A stretch of 64,000 nucleotides of DNA, from assembly GCA_051362555.1 (NCBI GenBank), contig CM120643.1, positions 15,040,644 to 15,104,643 of the forward strand, read 5' to 3'. This stretch comes from Lingula anatina. Taxonomy: Eukaryota; Animalia; Brachiopoda. Shown here piece by piece: positions 1-13,849 of the stretch. Each line of letters opens with the position of its first letter. Within the stretch, counting starts at the first letter, position 1. The translations under genes were made by a program, and so were the position numbers. The notes under the pieces are model-generated. The model was not told the origin of the DNA, did no database searches, and saw only the letters and a program-made list of their open reading frames with translations.

Positions 1-3000
1 GTCACTAAGGTTATTTTCTAATCGAACGGTATACTTTCAAACGATACAGTCCGTACCGATACACTTTAAGCGCTCCTAACGTAAAATTACAATTCAGGAT
101 GAGGTGGGGTTGGTGTTACTCGCTTTCTCAATTCTCTTCCTTTTTTTGGGGGCAGAAGTTAATTAATTGGTCGCGTCGAGCGGGGGAGGGGGAGGGGTTT
201 CTGTTTTTGTGACTTTTGTACTAAGACATAGTCCAGGGTATTTTAAAGTTGCCACTCTCACAGTGTAGTGGTACAGTCTGAATAGCTTAATGTAAAAAGG
301 ACCTCAATGTACTGTACAGTACTTGAAAAACTACAGACGTTCAAAATGTTAAAGTGGAAATGTAAACCGGTTTATCGTTTTTGAAATACGAAATAAATTA
401 TTCCAAGGCCACCAAATCTTTGCTTGTTTTCAAAGTGAGATTAAAGTTTACCCAAAATGTTAAAATCATAATAATTTTTTCCAATAAGGGCAAGTTTAAG
501 CAAAACGCCAACAATGAAAATTTGTGTTAAGATGTGGCATTCGCGAAATGAATGAAGATTTATGTGTATCTGTGGATTACAGGTCACCATTATACATTGT
601 ATGTGGTTCTACTTTTCGCCATGTTGCTCACATCGACTCGGATTTTATTAGCAATAATTGGTTTTACATGAAGGATTTTAAACGAACGCAGTCTTGTGAT
701 GAAGGCTAAGGTTAACATTTTTGGACAGGATCAGTACCTGTTGACGTCACTATCGTGTACCTGGAAAACGTAAACAAAAACAATAATAAATTAGAATAAA
801 ATCAATAAAATAAAAGTCAACGGGCAGGGATTAAGTAGCACACTGAGGAAGCATTTTGATTTGTTGCAGTTACAAAGGCCGTAATTGTTCAAAAGCGTTC
901 TTCAAAATATTTCTTTTCTTATTTATTTTTATGTATACATGTATAGAATTGCATGAACGGTAGTAGAATTGCAATTGAAGCGTCCGCGAAATATTTTTCA
1001 TCTTTTTCCTCTTATACTTAACGGATTGACCTGTAACAAAACGTGAAACAGAAATATGTTTGAGAGAGGTTTAGATTCACCTAAATGTATCACTTAATGA
1101 TCGTGTATGTTTGACTGGAAGATTCTTTATGACGTCCGGCATTACAAGAAAAATACAGTGAGCCATGGCCGAGGCATCCTGTGGGTGAAAAAAGTAATTG
1201 TAAACAGATCTCTGATTCACCGTCGAGCGAGATAAGATGGAATAATGTGCCAAACTATCTGCCAAGTGAAATATCAGTGGATAATCAACCGTGTGTGTTG
1301 AAAGTTTCCTCTGTTTGTGCACTGGCGCCTGCATTGATTCACGAGTGTTTTATGAGTTAATTTTTTTTTCTGTATTCTTGGTGCCACGATGTTTATTTTT
1401 TGTCTCGTGTTTGGTGTTGGAATATCACCTGTATTCTGTCAAAACGAAACATGAAAGATGGTCCATGGATTAATGTTAGATAAAATCATTGAAAACAATG
1501 CCCCATTCAAAATCAACTGAGATGTGAAAGGAAATATTGAGGTGGCTATAAACAGGATGATCTGAAAACGTGTGAAGCGAGACCAGATATGTTTGGCAGT
1601 TATTACCGTGAACAGTGCGTGCTAGTAACCGCGGGGCATATGCTTTTTTTCAGAAACCTCCTCCCTGTTTATTGCCAATTAGACACACAGATATGGCACC
1701 GTTATTGGTTTACCTCAAATGTGCCCCGTGTTTTGCGAAATGTTTCAACGCCACGCAAATGTTCGCAATATTGAGAACACACGCTTCCAAGCTAACACCG
1801 ACGAATGTTCATAACTTTTGAGTACACGCGATTCCAAGCTTACACAGGCACAATCACCAGGTAAAACAACTGTCGGAGGCCAAGACACAGCTCTGATGGA
1901 AACTTCAAAGGGGGGACATAGGTTAAATGAATTACGTTTTTATTGGCTACAGCGGTTCCGCTTTTCAGTTGCACCTCTGTTTAAAGTATTCTAATGACGA
2001 GTTTGGCAATCTTTTCTATAAGACAGTTGTTCGTACTTGTCTTTGGCTTACTCTGTCCTCATTATAAAGCACAATTCTAAGAGCCCTGATTAGATTACAA
2101 GTAATTGAAGACTTAGATAGGTTCAGTTCCCTTAATCATAAAATTGGGTGCTTTTTGTACATGCTAGGGGCGTATTATTCATTCTTATTCACACTCGCTG
2201 TGAAATACATTAATATAGAATATAGGTTAAAAGTAACGTTTTGCCTGCATTGCAGCAATCACCATGGTCTGAGTGAGCGATTTTTAATTGCTGACAAGAC
2301 TTTGCGATGAAGATAGAAAGATAGATAAATATGGGACCAGACCTTATCCTTAGGAGGGAACTAGCCGTGGAAGTGAAAGCAAATACATTCCACGATAATA
2401 CTAATGGCGTATTTTCATGTTTTTTTAACCAATTTTTAGAATAAATAATGTGTATCCTAGGTTAGGAGGCATACGATTGCACCACAATAACTGTCTAACT
2501 GCGTTGTCTAATTGGCATCCGTTGTCACTTTTTTAAACAAACTGATTTAATCTTAAACATGTGTTAAATAACTTCCCTGTCATCTACATGAGGCCTGTTT
2601 CATTTTAAAACAAAAACGGATCCGAACTTTTAAACAAAATTTAATTGTATCAATGAAAGTCCAATTAAATAGAATACTGTGCTTTTTATATAACAAAAAA
2701 GAAATGCCAAAGGTTTCAGAGCAATGCTTTCTGTATTCAAGTTGGCTATTATGGCTTTATTTTGAACTGAAGCATACCAAATTTTTGGTCTATACTTTTA
2801 GACTAATTTTCGGGCTAAAGTGTTTTTCATAAGCTCACTCCTAGGGCATGGTAATAATGATAGATGATCGGTGGTATTCAAAACCTCAACTTTATCCTCG
2901 CACGCCTTACTGTGTCCCGCTCCATGCGAGTGTTTGACGTTACGGGTTCGGTTTCCGCACAACGTCAGACACCAAAGCTGTCGGAGTTTCCGCAGTTAAA

Positions 3001-3764
3001 CCCCATAATAACGGCATCCGGTACGGTTTAAGCATGACAGAGAGGAATGATCATTTTATCTGACAGATCTGGCATGGTGTTCCAAATTTCTCCCAAAATT
3101 GTGTCAAGAGATTGATTTTAGCATCAAATTAAGTTCACCATTTAGTAAAAGCGTTTTGGTGTGTAAACATCGACATGAAAAGAAATCTTGAAAGTGACAA
3201 GCATATGGAAAATAGTAATTGATATAGAGTGTAAATTAAGAAATAAAAGAAATAGAACTCGAACAATTTAATGTTTATCGGATCTTCCGAAGGTTCAGAT
3301 GCTGTTGACCATAAAAGTTTTTATATTTTTCTTTATTAACTAACATATAATGTTTAATTGAAATTTCTGCTTGTTGCTTTTATTCATTGGGGTGTGTCAC
3401 CAGTCTTGTGCTCATTATAGGTTCAACTAATTGTCGGCTAAAACTTGATAAAACTTAATCAAAGATGAATTGAACCTTATCCGACGGTCATCAGCACTTA
3501 AGTACTAAGCATTAATTCTTCCACTACGAATTAAAGTCTTGGTCTTTTTCTTTCTTTATTTGTTTGTTTATCTGTTTTTTTATTAATCTTTTTATTAAGA
3601 CATCTTTTCAGTTTCAGATTTAGTTTTTTTTTTCATTCATTTGGATAGACAGATAGTTTCAGATTAAATGGTGTTAAGGCGGATGTTAGTGGTAAAAAAG
3701 TTAAAGGCAAATATTTAACAAAATATGTCATCAAAATTTTCATTGCCATCATTTTACCTTTCAG

Positions 3765-4609
3765 TATGACGGCGGCGGTGGCGGCGGCGGCCGTTACTCC
3801 TCACGTACGTACGGAGGCGGTGGCAGCAGTTATGGCGGCGGTGGAGGTTACACCAGTGGTGGCAGCGGTGGGTTAGGGTCTTATCGTAGCTATGGAGACC
3901 TCACAACTTCATATGGTGGTGGTGGTGGTGGTGGGACTACACGGACTTACGGTGCCGGGGGTACGACCTACGGCACAGGACTTGGGAGATCTTCCAGTTA
4001 CGGTTCCTTAGACAGATATGGAAGTAATAGTTCACTGGATAGATATGGTAGTTCAGGTGCTTTGAACAAATACAGCGGTGGTACCACCCCCAGAGACAGG
4101 TACTCCACCGGTTACGGGGGGTATGGAGGGGGGTCAAGGGATAGATATTCATCTTTAGATAGAACATCAAACCGCAGTGGTTATTTATCAGACTATGGGG
4201 GAAGTACCCGGTCGTACGGCAGCCTGGATCGGGCGTCGTCTCGGGGTTCGGACTATGGCGGAGCTCGTGGCTACCTCTCACAACCCACCAGCCGGGATCC
4301 CTCACCGGCTGGGTATTCTAGACTTTCACGGTACGATCACACTAGCACTCCAACATACTCAGCGCGAGATAGGACTTACAGCACCAGTAGAAATGAAGAA
4401 CCGACAAAATCAAAAGATTCCGGACGAGATTCGGGGTCTTACGCCGGAAGTTATGATCGCCAAGCCTCGACGGCGTCGGCCAGAGAGGCAGGGAGCTATA
4501 GTGTGGCCAGCCAGCCGTCACGAGAGTTAACTCCCTACTCCCGGCAGTTATCAAGTCATTCCACCCACTCTGCGCCTGCGTATACTGGTATGACGCGACA
4601 GCTCTCCAG
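3765..4609 (+). CDS. FHOD: Long-isoform exon L1: Gly/Tyr/Ser/Arg-rich low-complexity segment (YDGGGGGGGRYSSRTY...RQLSR); start codon lies in an unresolved upstream exon
   Basis: Acceptor ttttacctttcag|TAT at 3764/3765, open frame continuous with ORF 4062-4646, donor AG|gtattt at 4609 (phase 2) matching the next exon. Confidence 0.75.
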
Positions 4610-5674
4610 GTATTTATGTTACATATCATATTTGTATGATGTATAATATAACGTATAATATATAATTTTATATGTTGTATAATATCATTTTTAGTAAGGA
4701 AATGTACTGGTCATACAAGGGTAATTGAAAGAAATGAAATCCCCAGTAACATTGAACTATAACATTTTCTATGCTTGTCTAGTATATCTGAGGTCGAAAA
4801 AAGGCCAGTACCAATATCTGAAATTGGGATTTTTAAAAGATTTTTAAAAATCAAAAGAAATATTTAAGGTGTATCGTAAGGGACCTTGCAAGAATCCGGT
4901 CTGTTGCAAATATATGTTAATGAAATGAGACTATTCACTGGAAAATTGAAACACTGTCAAAAAGCGGCAGTTGAAAAGGCGTGTAGTGAATGGTTTACAT
5001 TTGGAAGGTGTTTTAGATAAGAGTAAACGGCAAAATGTGTGTAGAATTACCAACAATATCTGGGATAAGGTTTGAATTGATTGCAGAGGAGCAATTTTGC
5101 AAAAAGATTGAAACCTGCAGGTAAAGATTAAGTAAGTTGTTTGATGTATTGGCCAGATTTTGGGAAACATCCATAGCTTGACCGCTACAGTTGAAAATTA
5201 ACATCAGTTAACTTATCGAGTAAATCACAATATTGCTTACATGTACAGGTGATCAGTTGTACAGGTAAGTTTTATATTAAGTCACGGTTGCAGAAGTACT
5301 TTTTGAACGGCGTTTCACCATGATAACATTTGATAAGACAGCTTTCTTGGTGCGTTGAAGAGTGCCCCGTTTCCGTAACTCTTCAGTAACAAGTGTTGCC
5401 ATTTTAATTAATATAGCTCATTTCTAGAGAAGGTTTGAAAGTTCGGTTAACGAAAAGGGATGATTTGAATATTTGGCACAGTAGTGCAAATAACCCGTCT
5501 CTCTTTTACATTCCTCTTTAAACTGCGTTACTTTACATTTGAAATGAACAAAAACGTTTCTTTTAAGATATAATTGTGACATCAGCGTGTGCAATGACCT
5601 TTAATTTATTTCACAGAAGAGTGAGCAAACTGCTGCCTAACCGTTAACATATGGGTTTCCATTTTTTTCCGCAG

Positions 5675-6776
5675 GAGTTCTCTTGGAGAGACAGATGACG
5701 AGAAATCATCCACACGACATACCCCTTTTACGCGGGCGCCGTCTTCTGGTTCAGACTTTGCCAGTGACAGCGGCGGCGACTCAGACGACAGAAAAACACA
5801 CGTGATATGCAGAGGTACATCTCCAGTCGACTTCGACAACGAGCCAACGAACGCACGCAGACGGCGCCGAAGAAGGCGGGACAGAGACGAAAGTTCCATT
5901 TCACAGAAAAGGCGACGATCGTATCTGAAAAAAGAGACCAACGCTCGCAGGAGACGATTCAGGCCTAATAGACCCCTGACAATAGACTGTGCTAGTCAAA
6001 CTGATTTTAAAGAGCCCGATTCCGTAGCAGGCGATATCGGGCCAGATTCGTTCTATAAATACTATGATAAATACGTAACGCAGAATTCCATTGATTCTCC
6101 CACCTCCTCCAATCCTCCTTCTCGACAAATAAGCCAAACGGAAGAGAAAAGCTCTTCTGGCATCTCGCGGCAGACGAGTAGAACCGACCGACCATCTCTC
6201 ACTCAGGACATGGCTGACGAAGTCCCCTCAGAAACATCGTGGCGGGACCAAGTTTACGGAAAACCTCCCCGCCCGCAAAGATCTACTTCCAGACAGGATT
6301 CCACGGATGAGAGGCGACGGCGACGGGCACGTGATCAGCAGCGTGACACCACGGAAACGGAAGAGGAGGACAGCGTTTCTCACAGACGCCGCAGGCGGCG
6401 TGAACCATTGACCAGCACTCCCAAGAATTCCACAGCAGACGACTCCGAATATGCAAGTGCCGCTGAAGGACAGACGCCATTCATATTCAGACGTCGGGGA
6501 TCGCGCACCTTCTTTGATGACGACGCTGACGCAGCGGAACAAGAAGAAAGCGCAAATCGTAGACGGCGGTTCTCGAGAGATTTTAGAGACGCTGAAGAGG
6601 ACTCCCGCCCACCCTCCCAAAGCTCTAGACGACACAAGTCAAGTAGAGATAACATCAACCCTGACTTGTTTATTTCGGAACCAGAGCCAGAACCTGCTGA
6701 ACCAGAGTCCCCCTCCGTGCCCCCTGTGGTGCCACTTACCCCAGAAACTCTAAGCTTACGCGATAGCATCGAAAAG
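5675..6776 (+). CDS. FHOD: Long-isoform exon L2: Arg/Ser/Asp-rich charged segment
   Basis: Acceptor ttttttccgcag|G (phase 2), in frame with ORF 5802-6818, ends at AAG|gcaagt (GC donor, phase 0). Confidence 0.8.
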
Positions 6777-7114
6777 GCAAGTCAACCAAATGCTATACAA
6801 ATAAAACTCAATCTGTAATATATTGTATTCATATCGTGTGTGTAAGGATGCATAGCAGTGATCATGAGTTTCACCTGAAGATATTATTTCGCAATGACTA
6901 CCGCTGATTTCAGTGCCAAAACTGGTACCTCAATCCAAATGTCAGGTAATATTGCTCACCACTGCGGCAACTTATTCAGGCGGCCAGGGCTGATTAATGG
7001 GTAAATTGTTTTACTGTTGCATAATAAATTGAAGCGCTGCTTTAGGTTTTGGTTTTATTTTCAGTAATTTTCTCAAACTCTAACTTGCTATTTACTCTCT
7101 GTTTGGTTCTGTAG

Positions 7115-10100
7115 GTGAAATCGTGGAAGGAGCAGCTGGATACACCGGCAGAGCAGGTGCTAAGGAAGCAAATTGCTGAAAACCAGGGGAAAGTAACTCC
7201 GCAGTCAAGCCCGGACGACAGCGCCCCATACAAACCAAACAGACAGAGAAGAAAGGACTCCGTCGAGTCATTGTCGGCCTCGGAACGCAGAACAAGGGGT
7301 TCCAGATCACCGCGGTACTCGGAAGATGGTAAAGACGGTTCAACTGAAAATGTAGAACAAGCAAAGAAAAAATCGCACTCGAGGTCGTCGAGTAATTCTT
7401 CCCACCAAAGTGAACGGAGATCATCAAAAGCGTCCAGACAGAATAGTAAGGAATCAGATCGTGATAAACGGGCACTGCGCTTGTCCAAAGTGAACAGTGA
7501 GGAGAGCGAACAAGGAGTGAGATCACCAAGACCCTCTGCCAGTAGCAGGGATACAACCCCACCACCCTTTGAGAGAGAAATTTCTCCAAACGTTGAAGCT
7601 CAACGTAAAAAGAAACCTAAACTAGATTCCATCTATGGTTCCAGAGACAGCGTTTTTACCTCACAAGACGATGGAGGACCGCCGAATAAAAACCATAGAA
7701 AATCTGCACTTAACAGGGCAGACGATGAAAAACGCCATAGACACCGTACCCACAGCGGTCACCAATATAGAGAAGATGAAGATATAGAGCATGGTGGTTC
7801 TTCTGATGCATTTTCAAACGATATATCAATAGGGAAACACAAAGGAAGAAGATCAGGTCATCGAACCAATTCTCGCGAGGACCTGTTAGATTCTCGCGAT
7901 TCTTCACAGTCATCTCGACAGTCTTCCCGCCAGAGGTCCTCAGGAAGCAGAAGAAGCCGATCCCACTCCCAGGAGGATGTTCTGGACTTAGATGACAGGC
8001 GCTCCAAGGGCAAATCAAGCGAATCAAAGAAAAGTAGATCAAGTTCCCGTGAGGATGTCCTGAGCGACAAGAGATCGTCAGGAAGCAGGAAGACAAGTAG
8101 GTCAAACTCCAGGGAAGACATTCTATCCCCTGGCAGCAGAAAAAGCAGTAGCAGATCAAACTCACGTGAGGATATTCTGCACGTGCCAGGCAAAAGCAGG
8201 GCGCGCAGGCGAGACTCTGGCCCTCGTACATGCACTGTAGAAACACAGACGCTATCATACGAGCCTGATGAAGACAGTGTGTTAGAACGGATGAAATGGA
8301 AATCCAGGGAGGACATGTTTGAGGATCTAACGACAAAACAAACACAAACCCCTCCATGGCATGGTACTATATATGTTAACAACCTTGTGGATTTAGACGA
8401 TAAACAGCCGCTTGAACGGTCTGTTTCTTTGCAGGCCGAGACTGAGCCAGAGACACACACCAAACAACCCTTAAGGTGTAGCTCTGTCGATGACTTGCTG
8501 AACGTTGAGACCGTTGAAAACACAAAGGCCGAAGATGCCGTTTTGAAAGACGTCCCAAATGTATTCCAGAAAGCAGTATCCACCTCCACAGATGACTGGG
8601 TTCTTTTTGCACCGCAACTCAATGGTGCCCAAAGAAAGAGAGAGGGATCGACTTCCAGTGAGTTTAATCTCATCGACCTAAACTCACCGCGTTCTTCGTC
8701 TATGTCAACGTCGAGACGCAGTTCCCAGTGTCACCTAAATGATTTGGCAGACATCGTGTGGCCAGTATTAGAGATTCACGAAGACGGGGACAACGAGTCA
8801 CAAAAACTTCGCACGGCAGAGGAACGTGTCTTGGCCAGTGATGATGATATAAAATTAGAGGCATCTCCTATTGATACTGATGACCAAGAAATGAAAACTG
8901 CATCCGTTGAGGAACAGGAGCTTGAATCTGCAACCACTGATTATACAGAAGACCTAGTTAAAGAAGATAACACCGAGGACAATGTCATCTTCACTGTAGA
9001 TCCAACTGAAGCACCTCAAGTAGGATTATATGTTGAATGTGACTTAATAGCTGAAGATGCTGGAGCTGAGCAACTTGCAGCTGTTGTGGAAAAAGAATTG
9101 GAGTCTCCTTCTGTTCAAAAACAAACCGTTGCTGATTTAGTTGAAAACGACAACACAACACTGCAGGTCGCAACTTCAAAGGAGCCTGAATTTGAGAAAC
9201 TATCTAGTGAGCAAAGTGCCTCAGAACTGGTAATGGAACCGCGAAAAGAGGACCAAATACAATTGGCATCTGGCGCGGTTGATAACCTAGAACAACCACC
9301 CGATGCAGTGAAAGATATAGTTAATTTTGCCATACCTCAGACAGATGATGACGATACTCGGATTAAAGTCGCCAGCATCAGTGACGATACAATGGAAGAT
9401 GTGAGAGAGTCTGTCTCTGACGTGGCAGATATTGTGATGGACGATGATGATAACTTGAAACGAGCTGTGACAGTGGACGAGGATGAAGCTGATGACGTGT
9501 TTACGGTATCTGTTGACGTAGATAGCCACAAGACAACCACGGAGGAAGAAGAGGTGGCTGGGGAAAATATGGTAAGGATGGCTAGTTTGACTGAAGAATG
9601 CGTCCCTGAGGAAGAAACCGTCCACTTGGCGGAATCTCCAATTGAGAATTTAGGGGCTTCTGAAGAGACTGGACTTGATGTCGAACTGTATATGATGGTG
9701 CAAGATGAACCAGAGGATTCCAGTATTAAAGAGACGCCCAAAGCTATTGAGACAGATGCCTCGCCTGCCCCTGAAGCGAGTGAAAACAAGGCACTGGACA
9801 ATAAGGAGAAAGAACTTAATGACAGCCATGAAAAACCTGATGATATATTAAAAGCGTTGTACTTCGCTGACGACGATGAGGCAAATAAGAGAAAATCGGC
9901 AAAATCTGATTATTCTGACTTGGTTGGGTTATTGGCTTTATCAAAACTGGATACGGGACTCGCAGAAAATGACGTCTCAGTTAAAGATCAAAAAGAGGTG
10001 TTTGATAAAGAGCCGGTTCATAAGAAAGAAGGTGAGGAGATAGTAAAAGTATCCTTGAAAGATAAACTGAAGTTGAAGCAACTGGAAAAACAAAAGAAAG

Positions 10101-13100
10101 AACAAGACCAACAATCTCAACAGCAACAGAAAAAACAAGAAGAACATCACGACGATAAGAAAATTCCAGAAGAAGCTAAACAACGTGAAATTGTCTTTGA
10201 TCAAGAGGCAAAACCTGCGAAAGATGTACAGCAACAAAAAGACCAAACAAATCAGAAACAGATAAAAAAATCAGACGACGGTTTGGTAAAGGTTTCATTA
10301 AAGGATAAGTTGAAACCTAAGAATAATGAGAAAGTAGAGAAACCACCTTTGTCCCCGACTGCAGAACCTGTCAAGATGCCGGAGCCGGTTGAGATCATGG
10401 CTGAACCCGTCAAACCCATACAGCCTCCAACACATGAACAAGTGTCTCTTGGCAATAATGAGTTACAGCTGGGTGAGGTTGAAGATTTTGATAGCATCTT
10501 TAAAGATGAAGATGAAGAGTTCTTTGAAAAACGCAAGGTCGAGGATGTTGAGGATGATGAAAGTATTCGGCCCAAGCAAACACCTTTCATAATGCGCCGT
10601 ACGGATACCCACCCAGCTACTGACCTGCCACAACAAAGCGAACAGGAACAAGAGAACGAACAACAAAAATACAGTTTGGCACACATTAGGCATGACTATG
10701 ACGAAGATTCAGACAGCTTGTTAAAGGATGAGAATGAAAAAGGGAAGCCTGAAGATGGCGTTGCCAAACCGAAGCAAACTCCGTTTATTATGCGACAAAG
10801 AGGAATGACCACTTCCATGACCTCTCAAGAGGATGAAGAGGAAAGAGAAGATAAAAGAAAGAGCCAAGGTGATAACAAAAGGAAGCGCCAGAGACCACAA
10901 GAGAGAAAGATTCCCTTGGAGGAAAAGCAGAAAGACGAAAAGAAGGACGAAGAAGAAACTAAAGATACTCGTTCAAGTTGGAGGGATAAACTGAAAGAGG
11001 ACGGGTGGTTTGACAAGGGGAAAAAGAAAGAGAAAACAAAAACAGAGACCAAACCAACAAGCACCATTGCTTTTCAACGAAGTCGATTTGAAGACAAATT
11101 TTCAAGACCAACGCTAGAAGTTGGATCGTCAAGGCGTGAGGAACTGAAATCGTCACCCTCCAGGTCTTTAGAATCGCCCACAAAAGACAAAAAACCCGGA
11201 GTCTCAGATCGATCTAGAAAACCATCGGGGGAGAAAGCCAAATCGACTCTAGAACCCTACAGTAGTTGGAAAGCAAGAATGCAGTTAGGAAAGAGCGTTG
11301 AAGCAAAAGACGATGAGCCGTTTGTGAGTTGGAAAGAACGCAAGCAGCAGGCGATCAAAGCCGAACCTGCCCCTACCCCAACACCAACACCGGAACCGGC
11401 ACAGGCACCGGCACCAGCAGCACCCGAAGAACAGAAAGAAACACGACGTCAGAGCTGGAGGGACAGAATACCCGAACTAAATAAGAAAGTAGACCAGCAA
11501 AAGGAAACTAAAGAGGAACAGGGCGAGGGGAAAAGACGACGACCAAGTCGCCAGGATGACAAATCTGATGTTAGGAAAAGTCGGCTGAATAAAGAAGGGC
11601 AGAAACAGGAGGAGATGTCAGAGGCCAGGAAACGGCGACTTAATAAACAGAGGGAACAAGAAAAAGAAGAGCCAAAAGAACGCTTAAGCCTCCAAGATCG
11701 CTGGATGAGGGGTCGCAAAGAAAAGGAAGACAAAGATGCCGCTAGGCTATCAAAATCTCCAGAGCCATCAAAAGCACCATCTCATCTAGACGACATTAAA
11801 AAACGCTACTCAAAAGTAGACACCAGAAAAGATTCCGGACAACTGAAACCGAAACAAACACCTTTCCAACCGAAGTACCGGAAACCCTCCACGGCTACGG
11901 ACGATGATGAGATGTCCGAATCGGGTCACCGTTCCCTTTCCCCGTATGATAACATCAGAAGAAAACATGGAGCAGCTGAAGATATCAAAGTCCAACAGAG
12001 TAGATTTAGACCCCCGTCAAGCAGACGCGGTGCTGAAGATCGGTCCCCTTCTCCCTATGACAACGTCCAGTCAAGGCAAAGACTCAAACAAACTGATAAT
12101 TTTACGGAAACAAAGGCGGCAAGCAAACAGGTGCCGACTTTAACAGTGCCGGATGAGAATCAAAACTACTCCCGGCTTACGCCACATAAAACCGCCATTC
12201 CTGCCCATATGCGCCACGCCCCGTCAATGGAGAGTCTCTCCAGCGTTGCCAGCAGTGCACCCGGCTCAGTGTCGTCTTCCATGTATTCCGAGTCGGGTGC
12301 CGAGGACAACTGGAGTGCACCCGGATCTCTACCAGGCCGGAGGCTGTCCGCTGATTACTCTGGGGGCATGAAGAGGTACGGTTCGGCGGGCATGTTGCCG
12401 GACTTAGTGCCTAAGAACGAGCTTAGACCATCCGATGTTGACACAGATACCGAGTCCGTGGACAACAGACGCAGTAAGAAAATTGGTGGATTTATTGGAC
12501 AAGTTCGTGACATCGATAGTTTGTTAGGTTTTAGTGAAGATAACTTTTCTGACGATTTCTCGGATGAGGAAGAAGACAATCTCAATAAGACGGCTGTTGG
12601 TAGAACAAAGCAATGGCCGCCACCTAAACCGGAGCCAAAGCATGAAGAACGGATGAACAAAGCGAACACTGCAAAAACTCAAAAACTCGCAGACCCGACT
12701 AAAACTCGACAGAAGGTACCGAGCTTGGACCAAATGATGGGTATAAAACTGGATCCCAGGGCTATCACGCGAGCAAGTCAGTTTGGACTCCTCAAGCCCA
12801 GGACGTCAAACACTGAGGACGATCTCATGTTCATTGGTGCGGCTCATGATATTGATGACTTACTCAAACCAAAGGCACCTCGCATACGTGCCTCTGAAGC
12901 TCAGCAAGAAGTGACACACAGCAAAAAGGCGTTGCAAGACAGATGGATGAAAAACCAACCGAAACCGGAGGAAAAGAAAGCAGCAGCACCAGCGAAGAAA
13001 CCCGGGAAGCTTTCAGGTTGTCTGGGGGGCTTACTGGACAAGTTTAACGCCCCTGCGCCTGCTGAGCCAGAGCCTAAGCCTTCAAAAGCACAGTCGAAGC

Positions 13101-13849
13101 GTAACGCTCTAAAAGGAAAGGATATCTATAGTGCATTCTACATGAGCACCGTGGCTGAAGAAGATGAGGACGCCAAAAACAGAAATAACACTCCGGGTAA
13201 ACTGCCCAAGACCGAATCTACACCCAACCTGATTGATTCCCCGGTTCCCAGCCAACAGCACGGACTGCTGCAGCCCTCTGCGGCGGAACACAGCGCTTCC
13301 ATGACAAACTTGGACTCAATTGGAAAGAAGAAAAAGAAATCCAGAAAAAAGAAGTCGTTTTCTATGGAAAACCTGGAAGATTTGGATACACTTTTGTCAA
13401 AGGTAACAGCATCTCCGAAGGCTCGCAGAAGAGACGTAGATGCGTTTGATGTATTTGATATGCTGGGGAAGGATTACAGCGAAGAGGCAGAAAAAAAGAA
13501 GCAAGAAGAGGCAGCTGCAGGGAGCGAGAAAGCGGAGAAACCATCTCCACAACTTCTTGCCGAGCCCAAAAGAAACAGGAGCAGAAGTCGAAGCAGGAGT
13601 CCCACGCCTTCCCGCAGAAACAAAGGGGGCGCTGACGACAAGAAAGATGACGAAGAAGAATTGCCTCCTTGGAAAAAATGTTTGGAGGTTGTTCTTGAGG
13701 TCAAAGGTTTTGTCACAATTAACGACCTGCTGATCATATGCCAGAAACCAAAGCCAGACGATAGTGAGCTGCCTGCGACAGATGATGGATGGGAGGGGTT
13801 CAAGAAACTGAATGATCTTCTCGATAACATGGGAGTTGATATGAAGAAG
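7115..13849 (+). CDS. FHOD: Long-isoform giant exon L3 (6,735 nt, 2,245 codons), predicted largely disordered
   Basis: Acceptor gtttggttctgtag|GTG, uninterrupted ORF 7115-14035, donor AAG|gtacgt at 13849 (phase 0) compatible with the phase-0 exon at 21340. Confidence 0.82.

Noticed and set aside
4864-5521. TTAA-bounded Kolobok-like ends (also near 349, 14133 and 31850)
   Set aside because: Putative inverted termini match too weakly to pair with confidence.
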